Shown here one piece after another: positions 55,577 through 60,847 of a DNA stretch of 60,847 nucleotides; within the stretch, counting starts at the first letter, position 1; each line of letters starts with the position of its first letter. Both the position numbers and the translations under genes were made by a program. The notes under the pieces are model-generated. The model ran no database searches and was not told where the DNA came from. It saw only the letters and a program-made list of their open reading frames with translations. This DNA is from a virus (lineage: Duplodnaviria; Caudoviricetes). The stretch is from positions 1 through 60,847 of IMG/VR virus record IMGVR_UViG_3300016652_000023; one strand, 5' to 3'.

Positions 55577-56425
55577 ATGCAGAACGGTATGACACTACAA
55601 CGCCACGAACTCAGCAGCGCTTTTCCTGACTTAGAAGAGCCAGCCTTTTATGAGTTACAGGAGGACATCAAGGCTAACGGACTGAGGAATCCGATCACAC
55701 TTTATGACAACAAGGTCATCGATGGGTGGCACAGACTGCGGGCTTGTATGAACCTAGGGCTTGAGCCGATGCTCACTGAGCTGGACGGTGACCCTGTGGA
55801 TTTTGTGATTGGGCAGAACATCCACCGGCGGCATCTCACGGCAAGCCAGAGGGCAATGGCACTGGCTACATGCAATGCTTGGCGTGGTATCGGCAGCAAC
55901 CAACACGACAAGCTGTCATACCAGTATGACACCTCGCTATCCATCCGAGAGCTAGCAGACAAGGCGAAGGTCAGTAAGGTGACGGCGCAGCGAGCCAAGC
56001 AAGTTTCACAGAAGGGCTCAGAGGACATCAAAGAGCAGGTAAAGAAGGGCGCAATGACATTGGCTCAAGCGGTACAGGTTGTGGACGGCGATAAGCCACG
56101 CAAAGCCCCTAAACCGCCCGCTGGCGACGATGAACTCAAGAAGGCATATCAGAAGCTTGCCAAGGACTACGATGCGTTACAGACCCGCTATGACGATCTT
56201 AATGAGCAATACGAGGAAACGCTGGGCAACTATGCTGAGTTAGCCAAGGAGATAGAGATCCTTGATGCCATCAGAAACAATGAATCGGTTGGCAAGATGA
56301 AGCAGATGCAGCTAGAGATTGAGACGTTGACACGCGCCCGCGACGATTACATGACGCAAGTGGCGGAAATGAAGAAACAAATCAACTGGTGGAAGAAACA
56401 AAATGCTGTACGAAAGTCTGCGTGA
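55577..56425 (+). CDS. ParB-like N-terminal domain protein with HTH and coiled-coil
   Basis: 'L.EDIKANGL.NPI.L....VIDGWHRLRAC..LG', 'N..RRHLT.SQRA'. Confidence 0.8.
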   Translation: MQNGMTLQRHELSSAFPDLEEPAFYELQEDIKANGLRNPITLYDNKVIDGWHRLRACMNLGLEPMLTELDGDPVDFVIGQNIHRRHLTASQRAMALATCNAWRGIGSNQHDKLSYQYDTSLSIRELADKAKVSKVTAQRAKQVSQKGSEDIKEQVKKGAMTLAQAVQVVDGDKPRKAPKPPAGDDELKKAYQKLAKDYDALQTRYDDLNEQYEETLGNYAELAKEIEILDAIRNNESVGKMKQMQLEIETLTRARDDYMTQVAEMKKQINWWKKQNAVRKSA

Positions 56426-57923
56426 TTACCAAAGGGATTGTATTGAGCAGCTGAGGGACGGGGTCCGAACCGGCAATCGATCACAGGTCTTGGTTGCGCC
56501 GACGGGCGGGGGCAAGACGGTCATGGCTTCGTTCCTTTTGTCGGAGGCAGCGGCCAAGAAGTCAGTGGCATGGTTTGTGTGTGATCGGGTTGCCTTGGTT
56601 GACCAGACATCAACCACGCTAGACCGATACGGGGTGCAGCATGGTGTTATCCAGGCGGACCATTGGCGCAACCGACCCTACGAATACGTCCAGGTTGTGA
56701 GCGCACAGACACTGGCCCGCAGGGAGATCAAGAACCGGCCAAAGCTGATCGTGTGGGACGAGTGTCATACGATGTACAAGTCGGTGATGAAGACCATTGA
56801 AGACTATGCTGATGCTTTGGTGGTGGGGCTGACGGCCACGCCATTTACGAAAGGCATGAGCAAGATCTTTACGAACGTCGTGAACAGTACGACAACCGAC
56901 AAACTCATCAGCGATGGGTGGCTTGTGCCGGTAAAGGCTTATGCAGCCAAGCCGATAGACATGACTGACGCCGAGCTGAAGTTTGATGGTGAGTGGAAGG
57001 GCTCAGAGATCGAGCAGCGTGGGATCAAGATCGTTGGTGATGTGGTCAGTGAGTGGATTAACAAGACGCATTTACACTTTGGCGGGCCGGTCAAGACGAT
57101 TGTGTTTTCAGCGACAGTTCCCCACGGCGAAGAGCTATGCAGGGAGTTTGCCAAGAAGGGGTACAACTTCCAGCAAGTGTCCTACAAGGACGGCAACGAT
57201 GACCGCCGGAGGGCGTTGATTGATGAGTTCAGGAAGTCTGACAGTGACATACAGGGGCTTGTGTCATGTGAAGCACTAGCCAAAGGCTTTGATGTGCCGG
57301 ACATACTTTGCGGGATTGCAGCAAGGCCGTATCGCAAGAGCTTGAGCGGGCATATCCAGCAGCTGGGCCGTGTGATGCGTCCTGCGCCCAACAAAACCTT
57401 TGCATTGTGGCTGGATCATACGGGCAACATTGAACGATTCTTTGAGGATCAGATTGAGTTCTTTGAGCAGGGCGTTGAAGAGCTTGACACGGGCGAGCTA
57501 GACGCCAAGGTACGCAAGGAGAAGACGCAGCAGGAAAAAGAGGCACTGGCCTGCAACTCATGCGGATTCTTTTTCAACGGCAAGATTTGCCCAAGCTGTG
57601 GGATGGAGCGCAGGGGTCCATCATCCAACGTACTCAAACTATCGGGTGAGATGTATGAGCTGAACCTACAACGAGGCAATGACTGGAAGAGCAACTCGCA
57701 TCAGGTCTGGGAGCAGATCTGTTGGATAGCGATAGACCGCAAGGGGCAGAACCAGTCGGCTGAGAAGTTTGCAATGGCACAGTACAGAAACATCTACGGG
57801 CGATGGCCGACGTGGTCATTTGGCAGTACCAATCCAAAGTATCCATCACGAGAGCTACAGAACCACGTTAAAGCGCAGCTGGTGAAGTACTGGAAATCCA
57901 AGGGCGGGAGGAAGTTTGCATGA
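56403..57923 (+). CDS. Superfamily 2 DEAD/DEAH-box helicase
   Basis: LRDYQ, APTGGGKT, DECH, GLTATP, GFDVPD, QQLGRVMR; C-terminal CxxC..CxxC. Confidence 0.93.
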   Translation: MLYESLRDYQRDCIEQLRDGVRTGNRSQVLVAPTGGGKTVMASFLLSEAAAKKSVAWFVCDRVALVDQTSTTLDRYGVQHGVIQADHWRNRPYEYVQVVSAQTLARREIKNRPKLIVWDECHTMYKSVMKTIEDYADALVVGLTATPFTKGMSKIFTNVVNSTTTDKLISDGWLVPVKAYAAKPIDMTDAELKFDGEWKGSEIEQRGIKIVGDVVSEWINKTHLHFGGPVKTIVFSATVPHGEELCREFAKKGYNFQQVSYKDGNDDRRRALIDEFRKSDSDIQGLVSCEALAKGFDVPDILCGIAARPYRKSLSGHIQQLGRVMRPAPNKTFALWLDHTGNIERFFEDQIEFFEQGVEELDTGELDAKVRKEKTQQEKEALACNSCGFFFNGKICPSCGMERRGPSSNVLKLSGEMYELNLQRGNDWKSNSHQVWEQICWIAIDRKGQNQSAEKFAMAQYRNIYGRWPTWSFGSTNPKYPSRELQNHVKAQLVKYWKSKGGRKFA

Positions 57924-58726
57924 GCTTTGAAGCCCACGCTCAAGCCCACGGTTTAATCCTGCGCCATGCAATCCCTGATGGCCGCTGGCACAGGGTTCCA
58001 ACGATTGATAAGCCGCGCAAACGCAACGGTGCGTATGTGTATGACGGGAATACAGGGAGCGTAAGAAACTGGGCGACGATGGAGTCGTTTGCTTTCTGGA
58101 CGAACGGAAGGCGAACGGCTGTACCCCAGATGTTCACGGTGAACAAGGACATTGAGCGTGAACAACAGGCCGCAGCGGTGAAGGCCAAGGAGATGTTACA
58201 GCGGGCGGTGTTTACCAACCACGGGTATCTGAAGAGCAAGGGTTTCCCGCTGCTCAAGGGCTTGGTGTTGGATGAAGAGCTATTGATCCCCATGAGGGAC
58301 TACAAGTCCTACAAGGATGTGTTGAGTGTGCAGCGCATCAAGGAGGATGGAACGAAGCGATTCTTGTATCAGGGTCGCAGCAAAGGGGCGGTATTCATTC
58401 TGAATCAAGAGCATCAGCACAAAGAGGTATGGCTTGTGGAAGGCTATGCCACGGGGCTGAGTGTTCAGGCTGCTCTGAAGAGCTTGTATCGTGACGCAGC
58501 GGTGGTGGTGTGCTTTAGTGCAAGCAACATGGTGTACGTTGGGAAGAGGTTGCATACGAAGTGCTATGCGGTTGCCGACAATGATACGAGCGGGACGGGC
58601 CAACGCTGCGCTGAAGAGCTAGGGGTTCGGTGGGGTATGAGCGAGAGGGAGGGGGAGGACGCCAACGATCTGCACAGCCGCGCAGGGCTGGCGGCGGTGC
58701 GCCAGCTGGTGCGGTCAATTGTCTAG
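57920..58726 (+). CDS. TOPRIM-domain primase-like protein
   Basis: 'LVEGYATGLS', 'VADND.SG.G', 'DANDL'. Confidence 0.85.
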   Translation: MSFEAHAQAHGLILRHAIPDGRWHRVPTIDKPRKRNGAYVYDGNTGSVRNWATMESFAFWTNGRRTAVPQMFTVNKDIEREQQAAAVKAKEMLQRAVFTNHGYLKSKGFPLLKGLVLDEELLIPMRDYKSYKDVLSVQRIKEDGTKRFLYQGRSKGAVFILNQEHQHKEVWLVEGYATGLSVQAALKSLYRDAAVVVCFSASNMVYVGKRLHTKCYAVADNDTSGTGQRCAEELGVRWGMSEREGEDANDLHSRAGLAAVRQLVRSIV

Positions 58727-58797
58727 GTACTCGATGGCGTGCGCGGGTAACCAGTCGGCTGCGAGCAGGCGGGCATGGGGCCGTGGCCCCCATTGAA

Positions 58798-59205
58798 TTA
58801 ATTGAAGTAATTGCGGATAACCGAGCGGCTAAGGCTGCGGCGGGCCTCTGCTGTGGCGTCGCTGCGTTTCCAATACTCTCGAAGGGCTGAAGCCAATACA
58901 GCGCAAGCGGCGTGACGGTACTCGGTGGGCCAGTATTGGCCGACGCAGTAGTCAATCGATACGCCTGAGCTGGTGTCAATCGTTAGTCGTCCGCTGTATG
59001 CTCGGCGGCTGGCATCGATCAAGTCCTTGTCAGTTATGCCATCCCTCGAGGCGACTGCTGCCAGTAGTTCGCGGGCGTGTTTCAGGTCATTGCCAATTGA
59101 TCGGAGTTCGGCTCGGTAAGTGCTCACGTCCCCATAGTTGGCAAAGTCCAGGCGTGGGCGCTGGCGTATCCATTGGCGCAGCGCGTCAATAATCAGTTCT
59201 TTCAT
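58798..59205 (-). CDS. Hypothetical protein
   Basis: 'WIRQRPRLDFANYG', 'YCVGQYWPTEYR.AA'; coupled ORF. Confidence 0.7.
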   Translation of the reverse strand: MKELIIDALRQWIRQRPRLDFANYGDVSTYRAELRSIGNDLKHARELLAAVASRDGITDKDLIDASRRAYSGRLTIDTSSGVSIDYCVGQYWPTEYRHAACAVLASALREYWKRSDATAEARRSLSRSVIRNYFN

Positions 59206-59654
59206 GTTCTCAAGTCCTCATAACATTGCATTGGAAAGTCTTCGTGGCGGGCGGCAAATACGCTAACGCCATTTCGGGCGCATAACCTCATCCGGTCGTG
59301 TAGGTGCAGCCAGCGCCAGGATTCGCGAGCCTCGTTAAACTCTAGGTCTGAAAGGTGTTCTTCGTCGAGCACTGGATAGTCCGAAAGCGCACAAAGCATC
59401 GCATCGGCTGACTCGCAAGCTTCTTCGTTGGATTGGTCGATTAAAATGGTCTCAAGCCAGCCAACTGCCCAATGGCTCTCGCGGATGACAAATACGGTGT
59501 CGGATTCACCGCCGAGGTGTTCCAAGCCAGCCTCGAAGTTTGAGCGGGTCACTGAGTCGGAGTCGCGGTGCTGCTGCAAGAAAACAAAACAATCCGGCCA
59601 TTCTTTACCGTACCAGCTGGGCGGGCGTGTCCACTTTTCCAGTGCTTTATACAT
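59202..59654 (-). CDS. Hypothetical protein
   Basis: 'RDSD...RSNFE', 'HWAVGWLE', 'DYPVLDEE'. Confidence 0.7.
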   Translation of the reverse strand: MYKALEKWTRPPSWYGKEWPDCFVFLQQHRDSDSVTRSNFEAGLEHLGGESDTVFVIRESHWAVGWLETILIDQSNEEACESADAMLCALSDYPVLDEEHLSDLEFNEARESWRWLHLHDRMRLCARNGVSVFAARHEDFPMQCYEDLRT

Positions 59655-59955
59655 TCTCGGTCTCCCACGTTCTGAGTGCGCCTAAAGCGTCATTTTCAAC
59701 GTCAAATGCCCAGTTGCTAGCGGTCTCGTCGGACATGTCATAAACGCAGGCGACCTCGTAATAGTCGCCGAAGTCGTGCGATTCGCGCTTAATCGTTAAG
59801 TAAGCATCGCAGTGGTCAGGGATTGGATAATGCCTCTCGATCTGTGCCATAAAGCGGCGGCATTCGGCTAAGGCTCTTTTGGTGTAACCTTCTTGTCCCA
59901 TCTGGGCGCATTCTTCCTCGCAAGGTACGGGGCCAATCATTAAGTAGTCACGCAT
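59647..59955 (-). CDS. Hypothetical protein
   Basis: CAGGAG RBS; 'GPVPCEEECAQ', 'HDFGDYYEV'. Confidence 0.7.
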   Translation of the reverse strand: MRDYLMIGPVPCEEECAQMGQEGYTKRALAECRRFMAQIERHYPIPDHCDAYLTIKRESHDFGDYYEVACVYDMSDETASNWAFDVENDALGALRTWETENV

Positions 59956-60024
59956 GTTTTATCTCCTGTTGTGGTGGTCGAATGAACACCCAGGAAAGCC
60001 CACGGTGTAGGCTTTCGCAGTTGG

Positions 60025-60318
60025 TCACTCGGCGCGGGCTAAGGCTGCGCGGCATTTCTCGCGCATCAATCGCCAATTGTGGGCGCTGTAACCTGGGGGC
60101 GGCATGTTCGTCTCATAAGCAACGACAAAAAGTCTAAGCGCGTCGAGCATGTCGGGCGCGGCGGCGATCAGGCGGGCGTTGGCTTCTGATGTTTCCAGAC
60201 GCTTGCCGTCCATTGACAACGCGGTCACAAGTTCGCGTCCGCTGTTGACGTACAAGGAATAGCCGCTTCTGTCGTAGTTCCACGGACCTGGTGTGTGTTT
60301 AATAGCTTCTCTGCTCAT
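60025..60318 (-). CDS. Hypothetical protein (paralog A)
   Basis: 'KHTPGPW...ANARLIAAAPDMLDAL'. Confidence 0.75.
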   Translation of the reverse strand: MSREAIKHTPGPWNYDRSGYSLYVNSGRELVTALSMDGKRLETSEANARLIAAAPDMLDALRLFVVAYETNMPPPGYSAHNWRLMREKCRAALARAE

Positions 60319-60599
60319 GATTTCTCTCCTGTTGCTTTAGCGATGGCGGCGCGGGCATTTGTAAGCATTTCGTCGAGTCCGTTGTCATTGTCATGTCCGA
60401 AGTAGCTCACGAAGTCCATTAATGCGTTAAGCATGTCGGGCGCGGCGGCTATCAGGCGAGCGTCTGCTGCTAAATGTTCAGGCACTACCGCAACAGGAGT
60501 GCATTGCTCTGCCATGATGCGTCGATTGCCGTTGACATGGAACTTGATGGGGTCGATGTACCACGGCCCCGGTGTGTGTTTCATAGCTTCTCTGCTCAT
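60315..60599 (-). CDS. Hypothetical protein (paralog B)
   Basis: 'KHTPGPW...ADARLIAAAPDMLNAL...ARAAIAKA'. Confidence 0.75.
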   Translation of the reverse strand: MSREAMKHTPGPWYIDPIKFHVNGNRRIMAEQCTPVAVVPEHLAADARLIAAAPDMLNALMDFVSYFGHDNDNGLDEMLTNARAAIAKATGEKS

Positions 60600-60796
60600 G
60601 CTTGCCCCCGTTCTGCCATGGTGCGACCAAAGCGGCCTGAGATAATGACGCGACCCCAGTGCTGGGGATAGCACGCGGCCCATGAGAGCGCATCGGCGTA
60701 GGTGTGCGCTTTGTGAGTGTAGGTCTTATTGTCGGAATAAACCCGAACGGTAAAGGGTGCAAAGCTCAACGCCAAGCGGTTAATAAATTTTTTCAT
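60596..60796 (-). CDS. Hypothetical protein
   Basis: CAGGAG RBS; ATGA coupling to the next gene. Confidence 0.65.
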   Translation of the reverse strand: MKKFINRLALSFAPFTVRVYSDNKTYTHKAHTYADALSWAACYPQHWGRVIISGRFGRTMAERGQA

Positions 60797-60829
60797 GTTG
60801 TGCGCTCCTGTCCTGAGTTGTTAATCGTG

Positions 60830-60847
60830 TACTACAAGTAGTACAAC
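60830..60847. repeat. Terminal direct repeat (right copy)
   Basis: Identical to 1-18. Confidence 0.9.

Noticed and set aside
59994-60016. Hairpin GAAAGCC...GGCTTTC as a terminator
   Set aside because: No proper U-tract outside the stem on either strand; function unclear

Overview
The window looks like a complete ~60.8 kb tailed dsDNA phage genome; bases 1-18 repeat at 60830-60847, consistent with a circular assembly. The + strand from 121 to 45483 carries the virion genes. In order these are terminase, portal, a GroES-like protein, scaffold, major capsid, a free-standing GIY-YIG endonuclease, small basic proteins sharing a C-terminal motif, a 2319-aa acidic protein, adaptor and tail-fibre genes, holin/lysozyme, and probable ejected proteins ending in a 2332-aa polyvalent protein. 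A leftward block (45425-54569) holds recombination and small accessory genes. A rightward block (54654-58726) holds a resolvase-like nuclease, a ParB-like protein, a helicase and a primase. I recognised no DNA polymerase, integrase or tRNA. The standout is at 51807-54245 on the - strand. A solitary RAMP/Cas7-like gene and a small partner gene are followed by a 1.14 kb non-coding array of 24 GGCGGTT anchors, separated by runs of GGY-NN pentamers with variable dinucleotides, and ending in a hairpin. This looks like a non-CRISPR, RNA-guided phage system whose guides use a gapped dinucleotide code. From memory, and not verified here, it resembles recently reported phage 'VIPR' systems. All product calls come from motif recognition by eye; no database searches were run.
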